In this document: positions 1 to 13,499 of the stretch, one piece after another
Numbering within the stretch: the first letter of the stretch is position 1
Layout of the letters: the number at the start of each line of letters is the position of its first letter
Origin: Paramoeba atlantica
Taxonomy: Eukaryota > Protista > Discosea
Length of the DNA stretch: 64,000 nt
NCBI GenBank assembly: GCA_977017575.1
Contig: CDRNVI010000178.1
Coordinates: forward strand, 129,755-193,754
Reading direction: 5' to 3'
Translations under genes and position numbers: made by a program
Notes under the pieces: model-generated
What the model saw: only the letters and a program-made list of their open reading frames with translations
What the model was told of the DNA's origin: nothing
The model's database searches: none

Positions 1-531
1 CATTGTTTCATGTTTGAACAGGAAGGTCATCAATAATGAAGAACCAGAGTCCTTGGGAAAACCCCTTTCCAATCTTGACCATGGTGAGAATCTCTTCATT
101 AATCACAACTTCAGTTGAGTTTCCCACTTTGATTTGAAGCTTATCAGCTTGCCATCAGTTCAGGATCTCAAATCCAGGACACAAAAGTTGCTGACAACTG
201 ATTGCATTGATACCAGATCCTATGTCTATACAAGTAGTAGTTGCTAATCCACCCACCTGAGACACAACTTCAAATGCACAACCAAATCCTGGCTTTCCAC
301 ATTGATTACTAAATTTGGAAGAACATTGATCACATGATCTGAAGGAAGGTTGGTATGGGATGATGAATCAGCCTGAACATGAACATCAAAGTGTTTCAGA
401 GGTTCTTGAACATGAGTGTTGGACTGACTCAGAAGTTCTTTGAATTCAGTTGAGCAACTAGATGAAATTGAAGAATACAATACAATGGGTTCAGAGCAGT
501 AGAAAAACCCAATGGGAAAACTAGTACTCAA
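1..531 (-). pseudogene. LTR-retrotransposon aspartic protease remnant, running off the window start
   Basis: Minus-strand translation gives ...TTCIDIGSGINAIS (degenerate DTG/DSG motif) and later ...WFFIIDDLPVQ, with in-frame stops. Confidence 0.6.
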
Positions 532-1269
532 AGTTAAAAAGAAAAGAAAAGTAGCTTGCTTAAAAAACCAATTGGTGGAAAAATAGTCAACTCAAAAAGA
601 AGATAAACAATTGAAAGTAAAAGATCAGTTGTTGTGAGGAAACCTGGCCTTCAGGAAAAAACCTCACTTGAATGTTTGTTTGCAAAAACAAGGCTCTGTT
701 GTTGTTTCAATTCAAAGAACAAATGTTCAATCTCAATATTGAAAGTGAGTGTGAGTTCTGAAAATTAAAACCAGCATTGCCAATGAACATGTTTACTTTG
801 GTACAAACTAAAGAAGGTGTGTTAGAAATATTTTGAATGGACAACTGAAGAGCAGTTCTTAGAAGTCTCGTGAAAAAGTGAGAAACTTTCTGATGACATC
901 ATCAATAGTATTCTTTATTTAGATTCACAGAAGGTCAACTTGGAGGAGACCAAGGGTCAACTTGAAGGAGATTGGGAATTGACTTGGAGGAAATCAAGAG
1001 TTAGATCAAACAAATAGAGCAAAAAGCCAAGTGTCTTCAAAGTTGTGCACATTGCTCATGTGCACTCCAAACAACTTTTATTTTTTTAAGAAAAATGGAA
1101 ACCTGTTTTGTTTGTTTTGATTCAACTTGATTATTCTTCAAACATCTTCCCTATCATTGGAGACTCTGTGAAGAGATGCTTCTCATCCCCTGGGAGGATG
1201 CACAGGAGCTCTGTGCTCCTTGTGGATTGTAACAAAACAACAAAGTTGATTTTAGTGCTTCAAATTTAG

Positions 1270-2260
1270 CATGCTTGTCTGAGTTGCACTTTTATGGTCT
1301 TGACTTTCTTGTCATTAGCCAAGATTCCATCCTTTGTTGCTGTATACCTAAGTAATGTGAAAGATCTTTGACAAAGCTTCACCTTATTCAGATTAATTCA
1401 CAACTTGTTTTTCTTTAATTTATCCAGTACTCTTTCAAGTGATTGAACATGTTCCTCAAAGATTTCTGAGAAAATAACTATGTTATCAATATAGTTGACA
1501 CATATATGCCACTGTAAGCCAGCAAGTATTGTATCCATGAAATGCTGCTGTGTTGCTGGAGCATTTGTTAATCCAAACAGTATTGAATTCCATTCCCACC
1601 ATTCAAACTGTGAAGCAAAAGCTATTTTTTCCTTGTCCTCCTCCTGAATTAGGATTAACTAAAATGCTTTAATTATATTCAATGTTGAGAAGTATGAAGA
1701 TCCACCCAGGTATGATAACACATCATTAATTTTTGGCTCCATTTCTTAATCTTTTCATTTAATTCTCTGTAATCCACATAGAATTGGACTTTACCATTTA
1801 TCTTTGCCACCAATATAATTGGACTTGTATATGGTGAATTTGATGGTGGATGACTCTTCTCTTAGCCATCTTTTGAATTTGTTTTTCTTCAATTGTCCTT
1901 TTAACCATATCTTTTGTTCAATAAATACATCTAAAAGGCTTTTGGTCTTTGTTATTGAGTTCAATTCTAAACTCAGTTGCATTTGTGTGTATAATTGAAG
2001 CATTATTAAGTATGTTCCACATTTCTTTGTATTTCTCAAAGAGTTTATAAAGTTGAATTGTCTGATCAAGATTGAGGTTACTAAAGGTAAGGCCAGTTTT
2101 CTTTGCAAACTCCTCATATTCCTCTGGAATTATTTTTTCAGCTTTTTCCAGATTTTTCTGATCATCTCTCAACAGAATATTTGCAAATATAAAGAGCATT
2201 GTACACAAAATACTATTTCCCCTGAGAATTCCTGATTCCTTTGGTTGCACATGTGTTTTG
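1270..2260 (-). pseudogene. Ty3/Gypsy reverse transcriptase remnant
   Basis: Manual translation: KINDVLSYLGGSSYFSTLN...DKEKIAF...FGLTNAPATQQHFM...VNYIDNIVIFS (YxDD degenerated to YIDN). The NAPATQQ motif is shared with the 34.6-45.3 kb element. Several stops. Confidence 0.88.
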
Positions 2261-2679
2261 CCATTCCATAGCAGTTCTCTTGAGGCTGTAGTTCTGGATT
2301 GACCAATTTGTCTTTATACATTCCTTTGTCTGACTTCTTTTGGTGAAGTTTTTTTAATAATTGTTCAAAATATTCACCAACTAGTCGTTTGTTAAGAGGT
2401 TTTGCAATGGTTTGTTCTGCATTCTCCTCTGTAACATAAGTATGTTTTGCAACTGTTGATCTTTTTTCAAATGAGAATGAGGTATTTCTGTCAAAATCCT
2501 AGTGTGAACTGATTCCATGCTGTGCAAATTAATTTGTTTCTCTTTGTACATCACTGTGCTCCCCTGTTGTGTGAATATCCCTGATGAACATTTGTAAAAC
2601 TGTACAAACTGTTCTGATTCTACATGTATTCCTGTCTCTCTCATTTGAGCTCTTCTCACCCAGTTCTCACTCTGAATTC

Positions 2680-3070
2680 AAATTGTTTCCTTAATATTTT
2701 TTCTTTGTTTTATATTATCTTTACATCAATTAATTCTATGTTCTGTAACTTTTATCTATGATTTAATCTCTCTGCTGTGTCCTTTTTCTTGTGTGTTTTT
2801 GTTTTTCATTCTGTTTTGCTTCTTATCAATTCCACACTTGTTATATTTGTTGTTCCATATGAATACTCCTTTTGTTTGTTGGTAAAAGAAATAAACTTAC
2901 TTGGTTAGTTTCCTTTGTGATACATCACCAATCTTTTCCATGATTTGCTCTTGACTTTTCTCTTTCTTTTTTTTCCCTTTCTTTCTTTCCTTCACCTGCT
3001 CACTCTTTCCTTCCCCAAACTCCTGGCCACTTCACAGATTAAGAGTTTAGGCTTCCAGCCTGAGTTTTGA
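2680..3070 (+). mobile_element. Copia 5' LTR end plus PBS remnant, related to the 53801-61630 element
   Basis: 3027-3063 ccacttcaca|gattaagagtttaggcttccagcctga matches 54318-54354 ccacttgaca|gattaagagtctaggctctctgcctga. The upstream GT-rich sequence resembles the Copia LTR. Left boundary approximate. Confidence 0.6.
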
Positions 3071-5667
3071 GAAAATCTGTTTGTTGTTCTGTGAACTGAG
3101 CATCAAAATTGGAAACCATTTTTCAATTCTTGTTCTTTGTTTCAAATCAAGGAAACCAAGTTCTTTTGGTCTTGTTTTGAATGAAGAAATTCTTCTCAGA
3201 AAATTTCTTTGCACCTCTAATCCTTGTTCCCATACTTTTACACTTTAAACCTATTTGTTTTGTTTTTGGTCTTTTGTTTTTGTACTTTTGGATTGAGACT
3301 TTGTCCCTCATTGTCTCACTTTACCCTTTACATTTTGTTCATTGCTCTCAATGATCATTCTATTGTTTGTTCATCTTGTTGAATCTCTTGGTATGTTTAT
3401 TTGTTGGTTTTGCTCCTGTCTTGAAATGTTTTCAATAATTCTTCATTTTATGAAGTGCATGTCTTGTTTGTTTATTGTGTTCATAATATATTAAAAGAAT
3501 TTTTGATCTTTCTTTTGTGAAATGTTTTTCCTGTTTGGATTTTATGTTTTGAACAACAATTTTGTTTGTCATTTTTGATTTTATAGCTGTGATTAAGCTT
3601 CCCATTTTGGTTTTTGGATCTTTCTTGTAGATGATCCTGATTATTGATTTTTTAGCACTCTTGGTGTGGATAATTAACATTTTTTTGTTTGTTTTCATGA
3701 TACAGAGCTGGTTATTCTCTTTTATCCTTCTTCTTTTGATTTATGTGGACACACCATCTCTTCTATCCTCAGTGATCCTATTATCACTTATTCTCCCCCC
3801 TTCTATCAACTTTGATAAGACATCAACTTTTTAGCTTTCAGTTTATAATTTTATACTGGTGTGCACTGTTTTAAATTATATTTCTGGCAACCATCTTTGA
3901 CCTAGCACATGGTTTTTTAATAAGCACAGTTCTGATCACACCTATTTTTGTTTTTCTCCTTATGTCATGAAAAATTCATGTTATTTTTCTTGTTTCTTGG
4001 AGATTATTCTTGTATTTGTTAATGTCTTTCTTTGCCTGTCATAACACTCTGTTTTGACTCTGTTTTTGTTTTGTCCAACTGTTCTTTTGGTTCTATTCCT
4101 GTTTTATGGATTCTCTCTGCCTTTGATTTGCTCAAGATGATTTCTTGTTGATTTCCATACTTCATTTTTGTTGGTAAATCTATTCAGTCTTCTTGCTCAT
4201 TGTTTGTTTTGGTTATTTGTCTTTGGCTATGCTTTTGGAACAGCATATTGTTTGAAATTAACATTCTGGACAACTTCAGTTTATACAACACTGTTTCCTT
4301 GTATAATCTTGATTTGAGTTTTGTTTGTCAACATTTCTTCATGTTCCTCAATCTCTTCTTTGTGTTGGATATTGTGATTGTTGGTTTTATTTGAAAATTT
4401 TTGTGATTCTTTCTGTTATTTCAATTGGTCTTTGTTGATGTTCATCTCATGCTTACAAACTGCATTTTGATGATTATTTTATTGTTGATTTTGAGTTGAG
4501 CCTTGATCAAACTTTTTCTCTTGATTCAATGAAAGTTTATTATCTTTTGTATTGATTAAATGATAGTTGTGTAGTTTTAATACTCATTTTTATTTCATCT
4601 TGGATTCATGGATTTGTATTTTTGAATTTTTTGTTCCTCAACTGCCACTTCTAATTGTGAATTTTATGATTGTGGATTTGCCTGATTGAATTTATTCTTA
4701 TGTTTGATGATTTTTCATTTTATTTTATTTTCTCAAAGCTTGATTGGATTTTTCTCTCTGTCTTGATGATGTTTTTAAAAATTCCTGATATCTTTAAAGT
4801 AATTCTGGATTGAATTTATACTTCTTGAATCTGAAGGTACTCTATTGTTAACTTCTTTGAATTTTTTACCTTGTTATTTCAAATTCCCTGCCTGTGAATT
4901 TGAATTCTTATTTTTGATTGAATTCATCCTTGTATTGATTTTATTGAAGAAATAATTGATTCCATCTCCTTGTTTTTCTTGTAATAATGTTATTTTAAAT
5001 TTGTTATTCTTGGATTGATACCTTGGGATGATTTTTCTTGTTTTTTTGTTTTTGGTTGATGATGGAAATTCTCCTGATTTCCTTTTTTACTTTGAAATTG
5101 TTAGATTTTTTCCTTCTTCTTACCTTTTGTGATTTCAATTTTAAACTTTATTTTCACTTAGATTCCTTTCTTGAATATTCCTACTTGAATTTTGAAATCC
5201 ATTTTAGTGTTGGAAGAGTGTTCCATTAAAAAATTGTTTTTGTATTATTTCAGATGTACCACCCCTGAAGCTGTTTTGATTTTGGTTACTGCACTTTCCC
5301 TCAAGTTTTGACCTTTTTAATTTGATATGTTTGTTTTGAAGTTGATTTGATTGCTGATGCTTCTTTCTTGTCATTGATACTCTCTGTTCTAAGTTTCTTT
5401 TCTCTTTGAGAAATCTCAATTCACATTTTTCTCTGTTATAATTTTATATTTTTGTTTATTCTCTAGTAATGATGCTGATTTTTGAATTTGATTTGTAATA
5501 GCTTTATTTTCAACAAGTTCCATTGAGCATCTTGCACCATTTATATTCTCTAATTATTGGTTGATTTATTGGAATTAAATCTTTTCTTGGTCTTTAATAA
5601 GTTGATTTTGGATTTCCTTTGTTGATTTGATTTTGTGATTTGATGATTAATACTTTCTCTTGTTTTG

Positions 5668-6060
5668 GGGTTGATGTCTATAGTTTAGTTGTAAATTCAA
5701 CTATGTCCAACTTTGGGGGGGTAAGTTTAAATTCTAGTTTTTCAATATTATAGAAAATTGTTCTGATGCTGTAGAGTGATAAAATCGGAACAAGTTACAT
5801 CTCAGCCCTGTTTGCTAAAAAGTTGAGGATAAATTCCCTTGAAAGGAGTTTTGGATTATTTTCCCTTCTGATGTGCATTCTCCAGCCTGAACTTGTAGAA
5901 GTTCTAAAGTTCAGTATAAAGACCAACTGAACTAAACTGAAGTTTAAAACTTTACCTTTTATTAGAGGTTAAAAAAACAAACATAATTTAATGTAATTCA
6001 AATGGCTTAAATTAAAAACTACTAATTGAATAAAGTTTGTTTTAAAAAAAAAAAAAAAAA
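5668..6060 (+). mobile_element. tRNA-derived SINE, family A
   Basis: A-box-like tagtttagttg, degenerate B-box and poly(A) tail. Imperfect 16-bp TSD: actttctcttgttttg (5652-5667) / actctttcttgttttg (6061-6076). Homologous to 14235, 14551 and 21512. Confidence 0.8.
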
Positions 6061-7652
6061 ACTCTTTCTTGTTTTGAAATGCCCTTATTGTAATGAAATC
6101 AAAATATTAAATTGAAAGAGAGTGTTTGTGTGACTTGTAACTAATTTCTTGGCTTTACCTAAAAATATTTTGATATTATTTGATTTCTTTTGTTATTCTC
6201 CATAGTTTATTCTCATCAAATTATTGTTGTGCAATTTAATCTTTTGATTTAATTTTCACTCTCCAATTCTTTCTTGTTTTATGGTTGATTATGAATATTG
6301 TTTCTTTTTCCTTTGTTTTAATATTATTATTTTTGGAAATTGCTATTCCATTTCTTTCTGTTCTGCCTGCAATTTAATGACTGCTTTTGTCTTTGCAATC
6401 CTTTAAACAATGCTTTCTAACATCACTTTCCTTTTGAAACACCTGTTACCTTCAAAGGGAGTTCTCATGTCTCCTCTTTGTTCTTTTAAGGGAGTTTTGA
6501 GTTTTATTTTCTCTGATTCTTTGAGTCTTTGTTTTTCTTACCTTTACAATGGATTTTCACTGGTCCTGTAACATTTTTTCTTTTAACTTATATTCTTCTC
6601 ATCTCTTTTCTCAAATCTCAATGCAATTGTAACATTTGTTGATTTGATCAACATTTATCTTTTATGTAACAACATATTTGTTTTTATATACATGATGTGT
6701 AATTTATTTTTGAAAATTCATCTCTTGAACTTTGGAAATACATACCTGAAATGCTTTGCCTCTGAACCATGTTTTCAGCACTATTTTGGATGATTTTTTT
6801 TTGTTTTTTTTATTGCTGTTGCACTCTATTCTTGTTGCTCTCTGTTCAATGTTCTTCTCACCTGTTCCCAATCATCTTTGAAGCTTGTAACACCTTGATA
6901 ATTTTTGCTGGACTTTTGATTTCTTTATTTTTATTGAAATTATTTTGATTTTCTACTCTCAATCTCACTGGTTCATCTTATAATGACTTGTTTTGCTTTT
7001 CTTTGAAAAATTCTTTTTTTCAACATCTTCAGCACCTTCCTCTCTCAATGATGAGTAAATGTAGCATATCTAGAGGAACTATGCAATAATAATTCCTGTT
7101 AAACACTTATCCTTTCTCCCTTCCAATTTTCACTCAATAATAAGTGAATATAGCATTTCTAAGGATTCAATACACCACCTGTATCTCCAGTAGTGAACAT
7201 AAATTCCTCTCTTCCTATTTCCTGTTGTTTTTTGTTGAATTGACTTTTTTTTCCCTGGGTTGTATTATTTTTGAATTTCTGAATTGAATTCTTTTGTCTT
7301 GTTCTCTATGTCCATGCCTTAAGTTCTCTGATTATCTCTTGTACTCTTGTATCAATCTTTCTTTTGCTTCAAAGTAATATGTTTTGGATTATTGATTGCT
7401 TTTGCATCAATTTCTTATGTTTTTCCATTCTGTTCCACTGATATTTGTTCCTGTGATTTTGTGATTTATTTTGATTTCCTTGATGGCTTGATATTTGGTT
7501 CAATGATGAGTTTCTATTTGTTCACCTTATCTTGATTTGTTATGCTAAATGTAAATTTCACTTGCTTCAGGCATGAGATTCCCTTCACATACCCATCTGT
7601 ATCTGGAATAGGTTTGCTTTCAGTCTGACCTTGACTGTTGTAAATTGTAGCA

Positions 7653-7977
7653 TTTTTTTCTTTTTAACACTAGACTTTATTAAGTGATGGCCTAACCCAA
7701 AGCCACTAATTTTTTAAGATTAAAAATAATAAGGATAGAGTTTCACCTCTTTAGATTCAAATGGTCCAAAGACCTTTAATTCACTTAAACTCCTTTTTAA
7801 GGAATTTATTCTCTGCTTTTTAGTAGATAGAGCAGAGAATAATCTGTTCTGTTTTTCACATTCAAGTGAGCAAGAAGAGAAAATAATATTTTTAATATTT
7901 TCCTCTTTAGAATTTGAACCTACAACCCCAAATTGAAGCAATAGCTGTTTTACCAACTAAGCCATCATGCTACAATT
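7653..7977 (-). mobile_element. tRNA-derived SINE, family B
   Basis: Reverse complement of the family B consensus: head tggcttagttggtaaa ... ggttcaaattc, tail gtgttaaaaagaaaaaa. Confidence 0.85.
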
Positions 7978-8010
7978 ATGCTTTGGCATTTTCTTTCCTT
8001 ATATTGTGGT

Positions 8011-8343
8011 AAATTGTGGTATGATGGCTTAGTTGATAAAACAGCTATTGCTTTAATTCAAGGTTGTAGGTTCAAATTCTAAAGAGGAAAATATTAAAAA
8101 CATTATTTTTTCTTCCTACTCACTTGAATATGAAAAACAAAACAGATTATTCTCTGCCTTGTCTGCTAAAAAGCAGAAAATAAATTTCCAAAGAAGGAGT
8201 TTAAGTGAATTAAAGGTCTTTGAACCATTTGAACCATTTGAACCTAAAGAAATGAAACTCTATCCTTGTTATTTTTAACCTTAAAAATTAGTGGCTTTGG
8301 GTTAAGCCATCACCTAATAAAGTCTAGTGTTAAAAAGAAAAAA
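8011..8343 (+). mobile_element. tRNA-derived SINE, family B (head-to-head with 7653-7977)
   Basis: A-box tggcttagttgata, B-box ggttcaaattc, A-rich tail. Confidence 0.85.
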
Positions 8344-8349
8344 CCTTAA

Positions 8350-9480
8350 CTATTGAGATTGATCTTGGATCCAATTTTGTTTGTGTAGTTGTTTTTAATT
8401 CTTTAATCTTTCTAGAATTGAGAAGGAGTGCCTGAATATAAGCCCCATTTCAGCCTTTGATTACTGGATATTTAATTGTTTTATTATTTATCAATTGTTG
8501 AAATTCAATGTGTCTTTCATCAAAGTTAAGAACAGCACTGATTTTTAACAAAAATGAAGTTCCAAAGATAATATCTAATGAAAGATCATCAAATACAACA
8601 AATCAGTACCTTTTTCTTCTTCCAGAGATGTTAATTTCTAGGAAAACTTCCTTAATTGGCAATACTGATGATTTGTTAGCCAAGAAGATGTAATTTCCTC
8701 TGTAAAGTCTTTGAAGTTTAGGAATTGCTTTGTTCAGAAATATTCTTATCCTGCAAACTCCAGAATTACATAGTGTTTGTGTATTGATATTATTAACCAT
8801 GTAAGGAATAGTGAATAATTTATTTTTTATTTGGTAAATTTCAAGATTTAAGTCTCTGACTAAGTTACCAATAGAGATTGTGAAACCTTTTTCATCCATT
8901 TTGATCATTACTTTATGGTTCTGCTGCCCAATATTATGAGTAAAAAATTAACAAACCATTTCCTTGATTTCTGAGCTCATCCAAAGTCATTTTTCCAGTC
9001 ACCAAATCTTGAAGAGTATTCTTCAATTTTCTTCTCTTTTCTTTTTCCTTCTCTTGAGGGACTTCTCTTCCTCTTTTCCCTAGAAGTTTCTTATTCCAAT
9101 CAACAAATTTCATACAATTGTATTTTCAAGCTGCAGACTCACCATAACAAGTCACAAATGATCTTCCACAAGTTTAATTTTTCTTTTTGTTATAAATTTC
9201 ACAACACTTAACCAAAGACACTCTAAGCTCTTATGGTCACATCTTCCATAAAGAAAACAGTATTCCCTTCTAAGGTGGTTAATACCTTTTTATTTCAATT
9301 CATTCAGAATATAACATTTTTTAGGGAAATAACTACTCTAATAAAAGAAGCAGGTAATAAATCTTTCTTGACCCCTCCCCAGCCTTTCCTTTGTCCTTTG
9401 GTATTCATCTGTTTTTCTCATAAACAATTTGTTTAGACCCTAAGGATTCACCACAACTTGGATGAATTTGTTGGAATAAG
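8350..9480 (-). pseudogene. LTR-retrotransposon gag/protease remnant
   Basis: Degenerate knuckle CFLYGRCDHKSLEC (~9200-9240) and a retropepsin-like C-terminus FVVFDDLSLDIIFGTSFL (~8550-8600). Confidence 0.55.
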
Positions 9481-9489
9481 CTGAGTGGT

Positions 9490-9637
9490 TGTTTTTTTTT
9501 TCTTTTTAACACTGGACTTTATTAGGTGATGGTTTAACCCAAAGCCACTAATTTTTTAAGGTTAAAAATAATGAGGATAAAGTTTCACCTCTTTAAATTC
9601 AAATGGTTCAAAGACCTTTAATTCACTTAAACTCCTT
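9490..9637 (-). mobile_element. SINE family B, 3' fragment
   Basis: tttttaacactggactttattaggtgatgg... is the reverse complement of the SINE B 3' half. Confidence 0.8.
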
Positions 9638-9644
9638 CTCAGTT

Positions 9645-11760
9645 AAAAAAAACCCTTAGGAAACATCTAAAAGACCAAAAAATTCATCTGAATCAATACT
9701 TTGATCAAAGCCAAGTGTTCCATTTGGACACCAACCTGACTATACCACCTCTTCATTGAGTGCCCCCTCTGTAGGGTGAACCATCTTACAAGCCTTACTT
9801 ATACTGTGGAGATCATTTGGAAACAAGGAGAAGATGCCATCAACAAGCTTTTTGAAGAAGAGCAACAAAGCCTTAGTCTTGAGAAAAATCAAATTGTGAT
9901 CACAAACACAAAGAAGTATGAAGGAATGAAATTTATTTACAAAAAAGAAACACCAACTAATGAATGGATCTCTAAGGAAAAAGATGAAATTGCTGAAACA
10001 GAGAGTGAGGAGGAAGGAATGAGCAATGGCTCTGAAATGCAAGGTAAGAATGAACAAGGAAAGAGGGAAGTGAACGAATAGAAAAGAAGGGATGAAGATG
10101 GTGATAGAGATATAATTATAATTGGAGGGAGAGAAGCTAACAGTGAGGAAGAAAACAAGGAGAAAGGGAAGAGTGATAGGTCAGTTACAGTGAAAATCCC
10201 TTTGGAAGGAGGAATGATTGAAGAAATGAGTTTTGGTATGAGTGAGGAAGCTTGAGTGTGGCTGGGGAATCTCTCAACCAAATTCAGGTAAAAGTAGGAA
10301 ATGAAAGAACTTAAAAAAATGGTTACAAATCTTGAAAACAGGGAATATGAATTATCAAACGAAAAGCTTCAACAAGTTTTGATTGAAGTAATTAAATTTA
10401 TTATTTCAAACATATCTAAATTTAGGAAGAGACCATGACAATTATCAGCTGAAGAAACAAGGGAAATAATTGATAAAGGTAAGGAAAAAGTGAGGCAAAG
10501 CAAAAAGAAATTGAAAGGTGAGAAAAAAAAACCTTTAGGAAACATCTGAGGGTTCTTTTTTACTGATATCTTCCCTTTCTCAAGTTAGCTGTGGTAGAAG
10601 ACCACTCCACAGGGAGCTGAGCATATCTGCTGATAGCTTTCAACTTACTCTATCCAATTATGTCTTCTAGAAGCTCTGACTTGTCTTTCAGCAGAGTTGC
10701 TAGAGAAAATGCTAATTTAGCACTACTATTTTTGAAAAAAGCAGTCCCAGGTATGAACCAAACAATTGCTAAGCTTTGAAAGATGATTGATATTAAGAAT
10801 GCCTCCCTTTCCACTTGCCTTGCTACTAAACTCAACCCATCTCTCATCAAAGGAGTCAGAGTATGCTCCCTTTTTCCAATAGGAGCTTTTGCCTTATTCT
10901 TACCTTTCCCAACTTCCTGAGAGCTATTGAAAGCCAAACCAACCTCAAGGGAAGCATTAGAGTGGAGGCAAGGGCCAAACACTATGCCATCCTTGCCCAC
11001 AAGGAGGAAGATATTCTCACAATCCAATCTACTATTGAAGAGAAAGGAAACCTGATTGCCAACCAACTTGAAAGTTCTTGTATCTGGAGAATCAATCATG
11101 GTGCTCATTTGTGGGGGATCAAGATCAAACTCCCCTTTCAAGTCTCAGAGAATGAATGGATTTACAATTTATTCAATGGAAAGAACTGTCTTCCCTCTCT
11201 CAATCTTAAAGAAGTGGTATGAGTCTTGGATGACTACATCATCATCTTCTACAAGTCCATCCTCCTCTCTCTAATCCATCTTATTGCCTTGATCAAAGCC
11301 AAGTGTTCCATTTGAACACCAATCCAACCATATCACCTCCTTATTGAGTGCCCCCTCTGTGGGGTGAACTATCTTGCAAGTCTTACTTGTACTGTGGAGA
11401 TCATTCGGAAACAAGGTGAAGATGCCATTAGCAAGCTTTTTGAAGAAGAGCAACAAAGCTCTAGTCTTGAGAAAGACCAAATTGTGATCACAAACACAAA
11501 GAAGTATGAAGGAATGAAATTTATTTATGAAAAAGAAACACCAATTGATGAACAGGTTCTCAAGGAAAAAAATGAAATTGCTGAAACAGAAAGTGAGGAG
11601 GAAGGAATGAGCAATGGCTCTGAAATGTAAGGTAAGAATGAACAAGAAAAGAGGGAAGTGAATGAACAGAAAAGAAGGGATGAGGATGGTGATAGAGATA
11701 TAATTATAATTGGAGGGAGAGAAGCTAACAGTGAGGAAGAAAACAAGGAAAAAGAGAAGA
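9645..11760 (+). repeat. Two head-to-tail copies of a decayed element; possible non-LTR ORF1 remnant
   Basis: Both units start aaaaaaaaaccYttaggaaacatct (~9645, ~10525), and ~9700-10185 is repeated at ~11290-11760. The ORFs are broken and E/K-rich; the ORF1 assignment is weak. Confidence 0.5.
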
Positions 11761-11763
11761 AAT

Positions 11764-12065
11764 AATTGTGACATGATGGTTTAGTTGGTAAAACAGCTAT
11801 TGCTTCAATTTGGGGTTGTAGGTTCAAATTCCAAAGAGGAAAATATTAAAAATATTATTTTCTCTTCCTACTCACTTGAATGTGAAAAATGGAACAGATT
11901 ATTCTCTGCCCTGTTTGCTAAAAAGCAGAGAATAAATTCCCTGAAAAGGAGTTTAAGTGAATTAAAGGTCTTTGGATCATTTGAACCTAAAGAAGTGAAA
12001 TTCTATCCTTATTATCTTTAACCTTAAAAAATAACACTGAACTTTATTAGGTGATTTAACCAAAG
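11764..12065 (+). mobile_element. SINE family B with its last ~45 bp inverted
   Basis: Normal head and body. 12030-12065 taacactgaactttattaggtgatttaaccaaag is the reverse complement of the family 3' end. Confidence 0.8.
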
Positions 12066-12873
12066 GATTTTCAATCCTTTCATCAAAAAAGCAAAATCAA
12101 AGGAGATGAAAACCTTTCTTTGAGTTTCAAAGGGAATCTCTTGGAAGTAACAATCCAAGTAGAAATGTATTCAACATGCAATCATGTGATTGGATGTGAA
12201 AAGATGGCCTTGAAAACAAATCCCACTTCCTTCAAACTCAAGAACACCATGGTTTCCTTCACTTTTCTCAATTTTTAAATTTCAAATTTTTGATTAGATT
12301 TGCTTTGATAAGTTTTCCTAAAAAATGTTTAATTCTTGTAAAATCTCACAAGCACTTTGAAAGTGGCCCATTTTTCTCAAACTTCTCAAGTTTTTTACCT
12401 TGCTTGCCTGCTCCACAAATTACATTTGAGATATTTAGCCACTACTCCTTTTTAAAATTTTTCAACAACAAAAAAATTCAAAAAGTTTCTCAAATTGAAC
12501 TTTTTGAAATGTTGAAATAAAAAAAGAGTATTTTTGCTTTTCCATAAAAAAAAAAGTTTTTATAGAAAAAGTTTTAAATCTTCAATAAAACTAAAAAATC
12601 TTTTTCACAAAGAGTTTAATTCATTTGAAATATTTAGTTACCACTTCTTTCTAAAATTTTTCAATAATAAAAAAATTCAAAAAATTCCTTAAATTGAACT
12701 TTTTAAAGTGTTGAAATGAAAAAAGAGTATTTTTGCTTCCCTACAAAAAAAAGTTTTTTTATGGAAAAAGGTTTCAACCCTTTCTTTCCTCAGTTTTCCA
12801 CTTTTATTTTCTTTTTTTCCTTTCCACAATAAAGTGTTTATATTGCAATTTTAAGCTTCAAAATGGTTCAGTT

Positions 12874-13499
12874 TGTGAGGAGGGGAGCAGGATCAACAGA
12901 GAAAACAAGAGAAAAGAAAGAGAAACAGAAACTCTGGATCAAAACCTTTATGGGAAAGATCCCCAGCCAACACAAACAGAACAAGAAAACAACAACAAAG
13001 AAACAAAAAAGCAAGAAGAAGAACAACAAAAAGAATCACAACTGAGAAAAGCACAGAATCACCGAAACTCAACTCAAATCAGAATCCCAAGTCTATACAG
13101 CAACCAAAGAAGGAAGAAAGCAACAAAAAATGATGACAACAAAAGAAAAGAACAGAAAGCAAGCAAGGCAAGCCAAAAGATCACAAAGGAAAGCAAAGAG
13201 AGAGAGAGAGAGCAACAAGAAAGCAGAAAGAAAGCAGAAAGTGGCAAAGCGGCAAGAAAAGGGGGGCAAAAACACGAACGCAAAAACTGAATAAAAAGAG
13301 CGCTAAAAATCTTGTGATTTTAGCTAAAATCACAATAAAATGGCACGCGGCTGTCTGTGAGGCTCAGGGCTCTCCAAAAGGACCAAAACTCATGATAAAA
13401 GGCATCAAGGAAGCTCAGGGAAGGCTCAGGGAGGCTCAAGGAACTGAAAAGGCACTGAAAGGCACAACTTCTGTGTTGGAAGCAGGTCTCACCCCAACA
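12874..13499 (-). mobile_element. Solo LTR of the chromovirus family (626 bp)
   Basis: Near-identical to 34582-35206. TG...CA termini and a 4-bp TSD AGTT (12870-12873 / 13500-13503). Confidence 0.95.

Noticed and set aside
9645-9665. Telomere-like aacccttagg
   Set aside because: It is a single unit per copy, not an array.
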